Origin: Nitrosospira multiformis ATCC 25196
GTDB taxonomy: Bacteria; Pseudomonadota; Gammaproteobacteria; Burkholderiales; Nitrosomonadaceae
Length of the DNA: 32,000 bases
Direction: 5' to 3'
NCBI RefSeq assembly: GCF_000196355.1
Contig: NC_007614.1
Location: forward strand, 2,700,001 to 2,732,000
A program made the position numbers and the translations under genes. Under the pieces are notes generated by a model. The model worked only from the letters and a program-made list of their open reading frames with translations, was not told the DNA's origin and made no database searches. How positions within the stretch are numbered: the first letter of the stretch is position 1; every line of letters begins with the position of its first letter. Below, in pieces: positions 1 through 10,314 of this stretch.

Positions 1-151
1 GCCTGTCACCCAGTTTGCCGTGTCCGTAATGACGGTCGCGCGTCAACCCCGGCAGGTCGGCCACCAGCGCGTCGCGGCTGCGTGTCAAACGGTTAAAGAG
101 CGTGGACTTGCCGACGTTGGATCGCCCTACCAGTACGAGGGTGGGTTTCAT
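1..151 (-). CDS. der: GTPase Der (EngA), N-terminal ~50 codons only; the gene runs off the window edge
   Basis: The reverse complement from the ATG at 151-149 reads [45 protein letters not shown]. It has the P-loop GRSNVGKS. It lies next to bamB as in E. coli. It is missing from the ORF track because it is truncated. Confidence 0.9.
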   Translation of the reverse strand, partial: MKPTLVLVGRSNVGKSTLFNRLTRSRDALVADLPGLTRDRHYGHGKLGDR

Positions 152-289
152 GATTTCAGCTTTCGTCTAAAACAGGGCTGGGCTGCGGCATAAGGTACGG
201 AATTGAAGCGCTGGACAGCGAATTCCCGGATTACCGAGGTATTCCCCAGAAGGTGAATTTTCAAAAACGAAAAACGCGCGCCCGCACGA

Positions 290-1549
290 CTAGGCACCAA
301 AGGCAAAAACTCCGCCTTTCCGGGTTTGTACCGCAATACCATTGGGCAAGGATATGGGACGGGCGGTAATAGCACTTTCGTCGGTTCCGGACCGCGCAAT
401 AATGGCGCCATTGTCCTTCCTGATGAAATTTACATAACCTTGGGAATCTCCTACCACGATACGAGCGCCGTGCACCAGCGGAGCGGATAACTTGAGTCCG
501 TTGAGCAGATCCTGGGCCCATATGCTGGTGCCATCCCTTTTGTCGTAAGCCACTATTCCGCCCCTGTTCTCGCTCACATAAACGTAATTGTCATCCATGG
601 CCAGACCGGCATTGCTGGATACATCACGGGTCCAGATCTGGTTACCGGCTGTGATATCGAAGCAGGCGATACGCCCCTGGTAGGCAACGGCGCACACCTG
701 CTGCTCATCCAGAACGGGCAAACTGGTGACATCCGAAATTCGCTCAAGTTCGGTGGCGCCTCTCGGCCGTGATACCATTGCTTCCCAAACCAGACTGCCA
801 TTCGAAAGATTCAGGGCCACGAGCCTGCCCCCGGCAAAACCGGCATATACCCTATCATCGGCAATCAGCGCGCCAGCGAAACTCCGTACCGTCAGCGATG
901 GGGTAGCGCCCTGATAAACCCACTTGCGCTTGCCGCTCTCGCTATCCAGCCCGTATATACGGCCGTCTCCCGTGCGAACGACTACCACGCCCATTCCGGC
1001 ATGCGGGGGACTCAACACTTCCGTTGAAAGATTCGCAGTCCACTTCGGTTTGCCGCTTTTCTCGTCAAAAGCCAGCACCTCGCCCTTGAAAGTGCCCACC
1101 AGCAGCATACCATCTCCCGTGCCAATTCCACCCGCGAGAGGATGCTTGGTGTCGATGACGCCCGAAGCCTTGCCAGAAGCCGGGTCGAAACGCACAAGAC
1201 GACCATCCGGTCCCCCTGCGTAGACAGCGCCATCGCCGAAAACCGGCAGAAATACAGCCGCCGGACTTTCCTCGACACTCGCCTCCCAACCGGGGCGCGT
1301 GCTGGGGATCACCTCCAGCTGTGCGATCTGCTCCGGGCTCATTTGAACCTCACCTGATCCGAAAAGATCCGTAATACCGGATACATCGATATCAGCAAGA
1401 CTGCGGGTCACATCGCGCACCATATCTACCATGCCTGCACATCCGGAAAGCGTCAAGGACGATACGAACAGCAGAACATAGGGCCAGAATGCACTATTCG
1501 CCAAGTGAAACGGACGCGCTTCTCCCGGGAGTGATATTTCCTTGGGCAC
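290..1549 (-). CDS. bamB: Outer-membrane protein assembly factor BamB (PQQ-like beta-propeller lipoprotein)
   Basis: The ORF 290-1693 has repeated beta-propeller blades (e.g. VYAGGPDGRLVRFD, VLAFDEKSGKPKW, RIYGLDSESGKRKW, LVALNLSNGSLVW). It has the lipobox LTLSGC after a hydrophobic stretch. The annotated M at 1693 gives an implausible ~85-aa leader. In-frame GTG 1549 or TTG 1504 just upstream of the signal peptide are more likely starts. Synteny between yfgM and der supports the call. Confidence 0.85.
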   Translation of the reverse strand: MPKEISLPGEARPFHLANSAFWPYVLLFVSSLTLSGCAGMVDMVRDVTRSLADIDVSGITDLFGSGEVQMSPEQIAQLEVIPSTRPGWEASVEESPAAVFLPVFGDGAVYAGGPDGRLVRFDPASGKASGVIDTKHPLAGGIGTGDGMLLVGTFKGEVLAFDEKSGKPKWTANLSTEVLSPPHAGMGVVVVRTGDGRIYGLDSESGKRKWVYQGATPSLTVRSFAGALIADDRVYAGFAGGRLVALNLSNGSLVWEAMVSRPRGATELERISDVTSLPVLDEQQVCAVAYQGRIACFDITAGNQIWTRDVSSNAGLAMDDNYVYVSENRGGIVAYDKRDGTSIWAQDLLNGLKLSAPLVHGARIVVGDSQGYVNFIRKDNGAIIARSGTDESAITARPISLPNGIAVQTRKGGVFAFGA

Positions 1550-1796
1550 GCCATTGGCCCCGGCAATAGGGCTTCCAGGCGAATCCGCAGGCACGGGAAA
1601 CACATTCAGCGACTCATCGGCTGAAGCTTTGCTTGCGCGCATTTTCCTGTTTATGAGAAGGAGTAGTTGCGAAAAAATCAACGAGCCGATCAAGGCATAT
1701 CAGGTTAAGGGAGCGGCTTCCAGAGTGGACCGGCTGCACAGCCGCCAGGAGTGGCGGCTCGCGCTGGAGTTTATCCGGTTTATATCGAAACTGTAA

Positions 1797-2435
1797 CTAT
1801 TTGGCGCTTGGCAGCGCATCCAGCTTCATCTGCACGATATCATAGTAAGTGCTGCCGGGACTTATCCTGGCAAGCGCCATTTGATAAGCTGCCCGGGCTT
1901 CCCCAAATTTCCCGGTGGCCGTCAGCACATCGCCCCGGCGATCGGCATAAAGTCCGTCGAAGGATTCCCCGTGCTTGACCTCAAGCAAGCGCAGCGCCTC
2001 GTCGTATTTTTCCTCATCCAGCAATACGCCCGTCAAACGTAACCGGGCCATGTCTTTCAGCTCTTCTTCTCCGGAATTGTCGAGTACCCATTGCAGACGG
2101 TTTTTCGTGTTCTGCAAATCTCCGGCGTTGAAGCTGGCTTGAGCCGATATCAAGGCGGCACGGGACGCGTAACCGCTGCTCGGAAAGCTTTCCATCACCA
2201 AACCGGCAGCGTCGCTGATTTTTTTTGCATCGCCGCTCCCCTGAACCTGTAGCACGGAATCATACAATTCCAGGGCCTGCTCGGTTTTCTGCTTCTTGTA
2301 GTAATTCCATGCCTGTGCGCCGGCGATACCCGCGATGAAAACTGCGACGATCACAATCACCAGCGTGCCGTACGTGTTCCACCACGATTTCAACTGGTCT
2401 ATATTTTCCTGTTCTTCCGGATTATATGCTGCCAT
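1797..2435 (-). CDS. yfgM: YfgM-family membrane-anchored TPR-like protein
   Basis: 212 aa with an acidic N-terminus, one TM helix (LVIVIVAVFIAGIAGAQAW), then a helical TPR-like region. Its position between hisS and bamB matches E. coli yfgM. Confidence 0.75.
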   Translation of the reverse strand: MAAYNPEEQENIDQLKSWWNTYGTLVIVIVAVFIAGIAGAQAWNYYKKQKTEQALELYDSVLQVQGSGDAKKISDAAGLVMESFPSSGYASRAALISAQASFNAGDLQNTKNRLQWVLDNSGEEELKDMARLRLTGVLLDEEKYDEALRLLEVKHGESFDGLYADRRGDVLTATGKFGEARAAYQMALARISPGSTYYDIVQMKLDALPSAK

Positions 2436-2468
2436 TTATCTTCCCGAGTTGAATTGAATTCTTCTGAT

Positions 2469-3728
2469 TCAGGCCCTTTTCAGCAGGTCGGCAGCTTCCG
2501 CAAGGCCTACCCGGACCTGCTCCGCCGCTTCCCGCAGCGGCTTGATGCTTATTTCGCCGGCTTGCGCTTCATCATCTCCGATGATGATCGCAAAACGCGC
2601 TCCGCTGGCGTCGGCTTTTCTCATCTGCGCCTTGAAGCTGCCCTCTCCGCAATGCAGAATTGCCTGGAACCCACGATCCCGCAAGTGTCTTGCCGTTTTC
2701 CAGGCAAACCCGGCCGCGGCATCGCCCTTGTGAACCACATAGACATCAGGAGGAGCCTGAGGGATGATACTGTCCATCACCAGTGCCAGCACTCGTTCCA
2801 CGCCCAGGGCAAATCCGCATGCGGGGGTAGCCTTGCCGCCAACCTGTTCTACCAGTCCGTCATAACGTCCACCTGCGCAGACGGTTCCCTGCGCCCCCAG
2901 CTTGTCGGTAACCCACTCGAATACGGTGCGATTATAATAATCCAGCCCCCGTACCAGCCGCGGGTTGATCTCGAAGTCGACCCCCTGCTCGCGCAGGATT
3001 TGCTGCAAGCGTTCAAAATGAATGAGAGAGTCCTCGTCCAGGTCATCCAGTAACCGCGGAGCGCCCTCGATAATCTCTCTCATCCCCGCATTCTTGCTGT
3101 CGAGTATGCGTAGGGGATTGCTGTGCAGGCGCCTGGATGCATCTTCATCCAGCTTGCATAGATGCCGCTGCAGGTAATCGATCAGGCGGGTACGGTGCAC
3201 CGAGCGCGACTCCGCACTGCCAAGCGTCCCGATTTCGAGCCGCACCCCGGAAACGCCGAGCCGCTTCCACAAGTCGGCGCCCATGATGATGAGCTCGGCA
3301 TCGATGTCGGGTCCGCCATACCCCAGAGCTTCGGCGCCGACCTGATGGAATTGCCGGTAACGTCCTTTTTGCGGACGCTCGTGGCGGAACATCGCACCCG
3401 AATAATATAGCCGTTGCGGGCCGGAATAGAGCAGATTATGCTCAAGCACCGCACGCACGCAGGACGCGGTTCCTTCCGGCCGCAGTGTCAGGCTCTCGCC
3501 GTTGAGATGATCCACGAAGGTGTACATCTCTTTCTCGACGATATCTGTGACCGCACCGATGGAACGCACAAACAGGTCGGTCTGCTCGACTATCGGCATA
3601 CGGATATTGCGGTAGCCATAAGCCGCCATCCAGTCGCGGACACTTTGCTCGAAGAACTCCCACCGGTCAATCTGATCGGGCAGGATGTCGTTCATCCCGC
3701 GTACAGCCTGAATCCCCCTAGTGGGCAT
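2469..3728 (-). CDS. hisS: Histidine--tRNA ligase
   Basis: 419 aa. The N-terminus [17 protein letters not shown] parallels E. coli HisS MAKNIQAIRGMNDYLP. Class II motifs are present ([23 protein letters not shown]). It overlaps the ispG stop by 11 nt. Confidence 0.95.
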   Translation of the reverse strand: MPTRGIQAVRGMNDILPDQIDRWEFFEQSVRDWMAAYGYRNIRMPIVEQTDLFVRSIGAVTDIVEKEMYTFVDHLNGESLTLRPEGTASCVRAVLEHNLLYSGPQRLYYSGAMFRHERPQKGRYRQFHQVGAEALGYGGPDIDAELIIMGADLWKRLGVSGVRLEIGTLGSAESRSVHRTRLIDYLQRHLCKLDEDASRRLHSNPLRILDSKNAGMREIIEGAPRLLDDLDEDSLIHFERLQQILREQGVDFEINPRLVRGLDYYNRTVFEWVTDKLGAQGTVCAGGRYDGLVEQVGGKATPACGFALGVERVLALVMDSIIPQAPPDVYVVHKGDAAAGFAWKTARHLRDRGFQAILHCGEGSFKAQMRKADASGARFAIIIGDDEAQAGEISIKPLREAAEQVRVGLAEAADLLKRA

Positions 3729-4968
3729 CGACTGCTTTCTTGGGGTATTTCATCTGCACATATTCATCGACTATCTGGCGAAACTCTCCTGCAATATTAT
3801 CGCCCTTCAGCGTTACAGCCTTCTGGCCATCCACAAATACCGGCGCCACAGGCCGTTCCCCCGAGCCCGGCAGGCTGATGCCGATATTGGCATGCTTGCT
3901 TTCGCCGGGACCATTGACCACGCACCCCATCACAGCGAGGGTCATATTTTCCACACCTTCGTATTCCTCGCGCCATACCAGCATCTGCTCGCGCACGTAG
4001 CCCTGGATGCTTTCCGCCAGCTCCTGAAAATAGGTGCTGGTGGTACGGCCGCAGCCGGGACAGGCGGCAACCAGAGGCACAAAAGCGCGCAAACCGGTGG
4101 TTTGCAGTATCTCCTGGGCCACGACCACTTCGCGCGCGCGGTCTCCGCCTGGTTCGGGCGTCAACGATATCCGTATCGTATCGCCGATACCTTCGAGAAG
4201 CAGTACCGACAATGCCGCCGTGGAAGCAACAATCCCCTTCGAACCCATGCCCGCCTCGGTGAGCCCCAGGTGCAGCGCATAATCGCAGCGGGCCGCAAGG
4301 GCGCGATAAACGGTAATGAGGTCTCTCACGCCGCTCATCTTGCATGACAATATGATTCTGTCACGCCCCAGCCCGATCTCCTCCGCACGCTCAGCGCTTT
4401 GAAGCGCAGAGGTAATCAAGGCTTCGTACATTACCGCGGAGGCATCCCTCGGGTCCCCGGAGCGGGCATTCTCGTCCATCATGCGCGCCAGCAGCTCTGG
4501 ATCGAGGCTTCCCCAGTTGACCCCGATGCGCACCGGTTTTTCATACTTGCAGGCCGCTTCGATCAGAATGGAAAACTGTTCGTCACGTTTCTTTCCGTGC
4601 CCGACATTACCGGGATTGATACGGTATTTCGCCAGCGCACGGGCGCAACCGGGATACTCAGTCACGAGTTTATGGCCATTGAAGTGAAAATCGCCTATCA
4701 GGGGAACTTGGCAACCCATATCGTCGAGTCGCGCCCTGATACCCGGCACCGCCCTGGCTGCTTCGGCCGTATTGACGGTGATGCGCACGAGTTCGGATCC
4801 GGCACGCGCAAGCTGGGCCACTTGCACGGTGGTAGCGATTTCATCTTCCGTATCGGTATTGGTCATGGACTGCACTACGATGGGCGCGCCCCCGCCGATC
4901 CGGATCGAACCTACCTGAACGCCCACGCTGTTCCGGCGTGGGGGAAAAGCACTTTGAACCATAGACAT
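3718..4968 (-). CDS. ispG: 4-hydroxy-3-methylbut-2-en-1-yl diphosphate synthase (IspG/GcpE)
   Basis: 416 aa with the typical IspG sequence ([42 protein letters not shown] Fe-S cysteines). Conserved position upstream of hisS. Confidence 0.95.
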   Translation of the reverse strand: MSMVQSAFPPRRNSVGVQVGSIRIGGGAPIVVQSMTNTDTEDEIATTVQVAQLARAGSELVRITVNTAEAARAVPGIRARLDDMGCQVPLIGDFHFNGHKLVTEYPGCARALAKYRINPGNVGHGKKRDEQFSILIEAACKYEKPVRIGVNWGSLDPELLARMMDENARSGDPRDASAVMYEALITSALQSAERAEEIGLGRDRIILSCKMSGVRDLITVYRALAARCDYALHLGLTEAGMGSKGIVASTAALSVLLLEGIGDTIRISLTPEPGGDRAREVVVAQEILQTTGLRAFVPLVAACPGCGRTTSTYFQELAESIQGYVREQMLVWREEYEGVENMTLAVMGCVVNGPGESKHANIGISLPGSGERPVAPVFVDGQKAVTLKGDNIAGEFRQIVDEYVQMKYPKKAVDAH

Positions 4969-5001
4969 GATGAATATGAGATGTCGTGTTGAAATTGAAA
5001 T

Positions 5002-6366
5002 CTATTGGAGCACGAGATGTGCCATTCCACCGGGAAGTTTGGCGAAAATCGAGAGATCGACTGGTTTGCTATTGTAGACAAGCTTGACCTGCCCCGGGTT
5101 TCCGATCATGAGAGAATAGGGCGGCTTACCACGCAGCACCTGCTCGCTGCCAGGAGGATTGACTCTTGAGAGAAGCAATTTCCCGTTGCCATCCTTGACT
5201 TGCACCCATGACTCGCCGGCAAACGTCAGACGAATTCCAGCTTTTGCAGGAGGTGGCTTCGGAGTAGCGGCGACCTGGGGCGGCTTCGGGGTAACTGCGC
5301 TCTCAGATGGCTTCGAAGTAGCTGCGCCCTCAGATGGCTTCGGAGCAACTGCGACCTGAGGCGGCTTCGAAGTAACTGCGCTCTCAGATGGCTGCGAAGT
5401 AACTGGGCCCTCAAGTGGCTTCGGAGCAACTGCGACCTGAGGCGGCTTCGGGGTAACTGCGCTCCCAGATGGCTTCGAAGTAACTGGGCCCTCAGATGGC
5501 TTTGGAGCAACTGTAACCTGGGGCGGCTTCGGAGCCACTGGGACATTGGCGGGCTCCCCCCCTGGAACTGCCGGTGCTGTGGGAGCGGTCTGGACCGCCG
5601 GTGGCGGCGCAAGAGGCAGGGTGAGAGGCTCTCCAGCGGAAGCTTCGGCACCGCTCCCAGCGGCCGCGTCTTTAGGAGCGGACGCCACGGTGTCCTGCTC
5701 TCTGCCTGTATCCGCGGAAGGTGCTGTCTCCTCGAGGGCGGCAATACCCGGCTCTCGCTGGGAAGCCATATCGGGAACAAGCGCGGAAGGTGCGGGAGCC
5801 TGAGATTCCGGCACTTCCGCTGGGGGCGCCTGCGATGGAAACGGGAATGAAAGAGTCGGTTGCCCGGTGTCTTTCTCCGATTCCATTGCCATGTCGGGCT
5901 GATTGGCAACGGAAGCCTTGTCACCACTATAGATCGCGTACCCCAGCAGAGTGATGGCCAGGACAATTCCTCCGCCGAGGACCACGTTGCGTTTCAGATA
6001 CTCCTGCCCGGAGGGAAAGGGAATCTCCTCACTTGGAGGCCGCCCCACGTGCGTCGTCGGAGGAGGAACCGACTGTTCAAGCAACTTCAATAACGGCGCT
6101 TCATCCAGTTGCAGCAATTTGGCATAGTTGCGCACGAATCCGCGCAGGAAGGGGCCGCCCGCAAGCTTATCGTATTCATCCTCTTCGAGTGCCGTCACCT
6201 GCCGGGCTGCAAAGCGTAACTGGCGCGCAACGTCCTCAATATCCAGGCCGCGTTCCAGCCGCGCAGCGCGCAGCACCTGGCCGACCTGCTCTCCGGTTTT
6301 TTTTGGTTCCTCATGCTGCTCGATGTCGCTACTTTCAGGAGCTTCCATTCCCTCACCCCATCTCAT
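5002..6366 (-). CDS. rodZ: RodZ-like cytoskeleton/shape protein: N-terminal XRE-type HTH, TM helix, long Pro-rich repeat linker, C-terminal DUF4115-like domain
   Basis: HTH: GQVLRAARLERGLDIEDVARQLRFAARQVTALEEDE. TM: VVLGGGIVLAITLLGYAIY. C-terminal beta domain: IRLTFAGESWVQVKDGNGKLL...VKLVYNSKPVDL. Position between ispG and rlmN matches E. coli. The start could be M1 (6366) or M7 (6348). Confidence 0.8.
   Translation of the reverse strand: MRWGEGMEAPESSDIEQHEEPKKTGEQVGQVLRAARLERGLDIEDVARQLRFAARQVTALEEDEYDKLAGGPFLRGFVRNYAKLLQLDEAPLLKLLEQSVPPPTTHVGRPPSEEIPFPSGQEYLKRNVVLGGGIVLAITLLGYAIYSGDKASVANQPDMAMESEKDTGQPTLSFPFPSQAPPAEVPESQAPAPSALVPDMASQREPGIAALEETAPSADTGREQDTVASAPKDAAAGSGAEASAGEPLTLPLAPPPAVQTAPTAPAVPGGEPANVPVAPKPPQVTVAPKPSEGPVTSKPSGSAVTPKPPQVAVAPKPLEGPVTSQPSESAVTSKPPQVAVAPKPSEGAATSKPSESAVTPKPPQVAATPKPPPAKAGIRLTFAGESWVQVKDGNGKLLLSRVNPPGSEQVLRGKPPYSLMIGNPGQVKLVYNSKPVDLSIFAKLPGGMAHLVLQ
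5253..5549. repeat. Tandem repeat inside rodZ: about 11 copies of a 27-nt unit (consensus approx. RYGGCTTCGRRGYAACTGCGMYCTSAG), organised as roughly 81-nt super-repeats
   Basis: I counted units directly from the sequence starting at 5253, 5280, 5307, 5334, 5361, 5388, 5415, 5442, 5469, 5496 and 5523. They encode 9-aa units (PKPPQVAVA / PKPSEGPVT / SKPSESAVT). Confidence 0.9.
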
Positions 6367-6454
6367 GTTACCTGACGCTTCATATCCGCAATCGCTTTTA
6401 CGCCTTCACGCCTTCAGGTGCAGTTGCCGACCGGGAAAATACGCCCCAACCTGC

Positions 6455-7552
6455 TCATCCAGCTGCTTCCGCAATGTTGCGGGGGACGCGGCGTGTCTTG
6501 TCGAGGACTTTTCCCGCGAGCTGGCCGCAGGCCGCGGCAATATCATCTCCCCGCGTCTTGCGTACCGTAGTCACCAATCCTGCCTCCATCAACACATCGC
6601 GAAAGCGGGATACGGCGTTTGCGGAAGAACGCCTGAAACCTGAATCAGGAAAAGGATTGAACGGAATCAGGTTTAACTTGCAGGGAATGTCCCTTACCAG
6701 TTGCACCAATTCACGCGCTTGCGCCACGCTGTCATTCACGCCATCCAGCATGACATATTCAAAAGTGATGAAATCTCGGGGTGCGGATTGAAGATAGCGC
6801 TCGCATGCGCCCAGCAGTTCCCTGATCGGGTATTTCCTGTTGATCGGCACCAATTGATCGCGCAACGCGTCGTTGGGAGCATGCAGGGATACCGCCAGCG
6901 CGACGGGGCAACGCTCGCGGAGACGGTCCATGGCCGGGATTATTCCCGACGTGCTCACGGTCACCCGGCGCCGTGATAAGCCATAAGCATTGTCGTCCAG
7001 CATCAGGTCGAGCGAGGTCACTACATTTTCGAAATTCGTCAGCGGCTCTCCCATCCCCATCATGACTATATTGGTGATGGGACGCTCGCGTCCCGCCTCG
7101 CTCGTGAACGTTTCCGTCAGCGCTTTATTCGCCCACCACAATTGGCCGATGATTTCCGCCACCGTCAGATTACGGTTGAACCCTTGCCTCCCGGTGGAAC
7201 AAAATGCGCATGCGAGCGCACACCCTACCTGGCTGGAAATACACAGCGTCCCCCGGCTCGTTTCCGGTATGTAGACTGTTTCGATTCCATTACCCGCGCC
7301 GACCGACAGCAGCCATTTGCGAGTACCATCGGAAGCGGTATGATCGCTGATGACTTTCGGCGGTTCTATCACGGCGGCAGCCGCCAGCTTTTCCCGCAAT
7401 CCTTTCGCGAGGTCGCTCATGGCATCGAAATCGGCTTCACCGGTCCGGTGTATCCAGCGCAGCAGTTGACGGGCGCGGAACGGCTTCTCACCGATTTCCG
7501 CACAGAAACCGGTAAGCCCTTTCGCATCAAAATCCAGAAGATTGATGCTCAT
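6455..7552 (-). CDS. rlmN: 23S rRNA/tRNA m2A methyltransferase RlmN (radical SAM)
   Basis: Radical-SAM motif [11 protein letters not shown] and the C-terminal [11 protein letters not shown] motif. The start is taken at ATG 7552 ([13 protein letters not shown]...) because the longer ORF (to 7678) would overlap the ndk coding region, which ends at 7572. Confidence 0.93.
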   Translation of the reverse strand: MSINLLDFDAKGLTGFCAEIGEKPFRARQLLRWIHRTGEADFDAMSDLAKGLREKLAAAAVIEPPKVISDHTASDGTRKWLLSVGAGNGIETVYIPETSRGTLCISSQVGCALACAFCSTGRQGFNRNLTVAEIIGQLWWANKALTETFTSEAGRERPITNIVMMGMGEPLTNFENVVTSLDLMLDDNAYGLSRRRVTVSTSGIIPAMDRLRERCPVALAVSLHAPNDALRDQLVPINRKYPIRELLGACERYLQSAPRDFITFEYVMLDGVNDSVAQARELVQLVRDIPCKLNLIPFNPFPDSGFRRSSANAVSRFRDVLMEAGLVTTVRKTRGDDIAAACGQLAGKVLDKTRRVPRNIAEAAG

Positions 7553-7571
7553 ACCTGAGCCGTGATCCCCC

Positions 7572-7997
7572 TTATCGCGTATAAATGTTGAGTTCCGGAA
7601 AAAAATAGGCGATCTCAACCGCCGCTGTTTCAGGTGCATCCGAGCCATGCACAGCGTTTGCATCGATACTCTCGGCAAAATCTGCCCGAATCGTCCCCTT
7701 TTCGGCCTTCCTCGGATCGGTCGCCCCCATCAGATCCCGGTTTTTTCTGATGGCATCCTCACCTTCCAGTACCTGTACCATGACGGGACCGGAAATCATG
7801 AATTTCACCAGATCATTGAAGAACGGCCGTTCCCGGTGGACTGCATAAAAACCCTCAGCATCAGCCTGGGATAGACGCACCATCCGTGATGCGACTATTT
7901 TCAGTCCGTTCCGTTCAAAGCGGGAGTAAATTTCTCCTATTATATTTTTTGCCACTGCATCCGGCTTGATGATAGACAGGGTTCGTTCGACAGCCAT
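7572..7997 (-). CDS. ndk: Nucleoside diphosphate kinase
   Basis: [15 protein letters not shown]... parallels E. coli Ndk MAIERTFSIIKPNAV. Active-site region NAVHGSD. GGAG SD upstream of ATG 7997. Confidence 0.95.
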   Translation of the reverse strand: MAVERTLSIIKPDAVAKNIIGEIYSRFERNGLKIVASRMVRLSQADAEGFYAVHRERPFFNDLVKFMISGPVMVQVLEGEDAIRKNRDLMGATDPRKAEKGTIRADFAESIDANAVHGSDAPETAAVEIAYFFPELNIYTR

Positions 7998-8163
7998 CAA
8001 ATACTCCAAGTAATTATGTAAATCTTTATTATTCTAACAAGAACCAGCTTTAAAGTCCCTAAATTGGACCGATATGCTGGCGGTGGAGGACGCGCTCCTG
8101 TTCATTTGGGATGCCAAGGTAAAACGAAAAAAAACCTGCCAAAGAGGAAATCCTCCCACTCTC

Positions 8164-10314
8164 TCAATCGAGTTTCACCGCCTGTGGACGGGTAGGCCAT
8201 GTGCCGCGGTGGACCGCTTTCGCACCCTCGAACACGACGTAGCTCTGGCGGCCATAGTGTGGCAGTGGCCGGGTCAACGCAGCCAGGGATTCGATGTCGC
8301 GTGCGGAAACGACCGCAAGCGTGGTACCGTCGGAAAGGCGTGTAGTCCAGGCTTGGGCCGAGCCTTTACCCTTCATATCCTCCGGCCTGTGCAGCTCGTG
8401 CCGCGCAAGCCACGCATCCACCTGGTCTTGCAGGCCTATCACCAGAGTCGGCGTGGCCGGCATGTTGTCCGTACCCGGGATCAGTTTTGGCGCACGATGT
8501 TGAAGCTTGGTCGCCAGAATCTCCGCGGCGTCGCGGGCAGGTCCGCTTTCCGGCAGCAAAACGGTTACCGTTGTCTTGTTCACCATCACCTGACGCAGGA
8601 TCGGCGTCGCCTCCTGTGGCATTAAATGCCGGAACAGGCGGAGATCGGGATCGAGTATCACTTCCAGCGGAGGGACGCCAGTTTCGATGGAAAACACTTG
8701 CTGCGTGTTCTCGAGATCGACAGTATGAATTTCTTCGCCTTGCTGGGTACGGACAGCAATCGGTACCCGCAGCCGATACGCGGGTTCCGGTTGTTCGAGC
8801 GTGACCGAAACATGATGGCTTCCCCCCACTCCCTTCGTTCGCACCGCTTTCGTCAATCGCACGACGGGCGCACCGGGGCGAGTGAGCCATTGATCGAAGA
8901 ATATGTGCAGCTTCCTGCCGGAAGCAGTCTCAAAGGCGCGCTGTAGATCCTCCCACGAGGCAACGCGGAAGCGCTGTTCGCGCCAGAATGTCTGGAGTGC
9001 CCGATCGAAAGTTTCCCGCCCGAGCAGGTCGCGCAGCATCAAAAACACCATGGCAGCCTTGTTGTAGCCGACGATTTGCGAAGCTCCGTGCGTGCGCGAG
9101 GTAAAGCTTGTCAGCGGCGCATACTGGCTGGGTGATAAGGCGGCAAAATCGCGCAGCCAGCCCTGCCGCATTTCCCGCGCCGCTGAATCGCTCTCCCGCT
9201 CTTTATAGGCATAATCGGCCATAAAGGTGGTCAATCCTTCCGACCAGTTGCCTTTTGCATAATCGGGATACACGCCGTTTCCCCACCAGTTGTGCAGTAC
9301 CTCGTGACCCAGGGAGGTTGCGCGAATGAAAGGCAGTCGCAGCACCTCCAAACCGAGATAGGTGAGCGTGGGCATGCCAAAACCTGTCGGTGTCGGGCTT
9401 GAGACGATGCTGAACTCTGTGAATGGATAAGCGCCGATCCAGGATTCATAAAGATCGATATATCCCTTGACCGAATCGAGGTACTCTCCTGCAAGGTCCG
9501 CGACTTCCCGGTGGAAATAGGTTCTCAGCACGATCGGCTTGCCCCCCGCGCTGCGGATCGTCCGGGTTTCGACAATGTAGGGGCCGGCCATGAGATCGAT
9601 TCCGCCGGTGGGAGCGGGAAATTCAAAACGTGCCCGAAATCCCTGCGGCGATTCCGATTCCTCCGCAAGCCGTCCGGCGACCACCCCCCGCTGCCCGACC
9701 GGGAGTTCCATGCTCAAGTCATAGCTGGCGAGCTCGCCTGCAAGATAGGGATACCAGCCGCTCGAATCCGGCAGGAACGTACCCGATTCGCCACTGACTG
9801 GCTCGTTCTGCCCCAGCGTCTGGCGGTGATCGAGCGAGGTATCCAGCGGAGACAGTTCCCCCCGCCACTCTATTTCTATGCGACGGGGAAGCTTCTCTTC
9901 CGGCGGAATACGCCACGCCCGCATCGCTCCCACGGTCGCAGAGGGGCCGATCGACTCGCCATCCACCCGCCCCTTCAGCACTTCGAAACGGCGGCCTATC
10001 ACAAGTGTCAGTTCCTCCCGAGTATTCGCGGTGATCACGCTGCGCCCCTTGAGAGTGCGCTCCAGCGGATCGATGTGAACGCGGATGTCATAATGGACCG
10101 GGGAATCGACGCGAGAGACCTCCTGAGCGGAACTCGATTTCGCCGCTTCCGCGGCAAATGCAGCAGGGAAAAACAAAATTGCCGTTATGCCAGCAATCAG
10201 GAGAGGCGCATGCGAAACAATCCTGGCAGCCTTTCCGGAATCGGGAATGCAACTATTTCGCATCCCTTTCATTATCAGCCTCGTTGCAGACATTATTACT
10301 TGCATCATGTTCAT
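8164..10314 (-). CDS. Exported M1-family zinc metallopeptidase (aminopeptidase N-like)
   Basis: 716 aa with an N-terminal signal/TM (LLIAGITAILFFPAAFAAEA). It has the gluzincin motif HEVLHNWWG followed by WSEGLTTFMADY. The start ATG overlaps the upstream stop codon (ATGA at 10311-10314). Confidence 0.8.
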   Translation of the reverse strand: MNMMQVIMSATRLIMKGMRNSCIPDSGKAARIVSHAPLLIAGITAILFFPAAFAAEAAKSSSAQEVSRVDSPVHYDIRVHIDPLERTLKGRSVITANTREELTLVIGRRFEVLKGRVDGESIGPSATVGAMRAWRIPPEEKLPRRIEIEWRGELSPLDTSLDHRQTLGQNEPVSGESGTFLPDSSGWYPYLAGELASYDLSMELPVGQRGVVAGRLAEESESPQGFRARFEFPAPTGGIDLMAGPYIVETRTIRSAGGKPIVLRTYFHREVADLAGEYLDSVKGYIDLYESWIGAYPFTEFSIVSSPTPTGFGMPTLTYLGLEVLRLPFIRATSLGHEVLHNWWGNGVYPDYAKGNWSEGLTTFMADYAYKERESDSAAREMRQGWLRDFAALSPSQYAPLTSFTSRTHGASQIVGYNKAAMVFLMLRDLLGRETFDRALQTFWREQRFRVASWEDLQRAFETASGRKLHIFFDQWLTRPGAPVVRLTKAVRTKGVGGSHHVSVTLEQPEPAYRLRVPIAVRTQQGEEIHTVDLENTQQVFSIETGVPPLEVILDPDLRLFRHLMPQEATPILRQVMVNKTTVTVLLPESGPARDAAEILATKLQHRAPKLIPGTDNMPATPTLVIGLQDQVDAWLARHELHRPEDMKGKGSAQAWTTRLSDGTTLAVVSARDIESLAALTRPLPHYGRQSYVVFEGAKAVHRGTWPTRPQAVKLD

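Noticed and set aside
5226-5966. 246-aa ORF on the minus strand, rich in R/L/S/P (…LRSHLRAQLLRSRLRSQLL…)
   Set aside because: It is an alternative reading frame of the rodZ 27-nt tandem repeat. Its periodic low-complexity sequence is a by-product of the repeat. The rodZ frame has the recognisable HTH, TM and C-terminal domains.
8126-8163. T8 run (on the minus strand) after the M1 peptidase stop, as a possible terminator
   Set aside because: The only preceding hairpin is a 4-bp GAGG/CCTC stem, separated from the T-run by about 6 nt. This is too weak to call.
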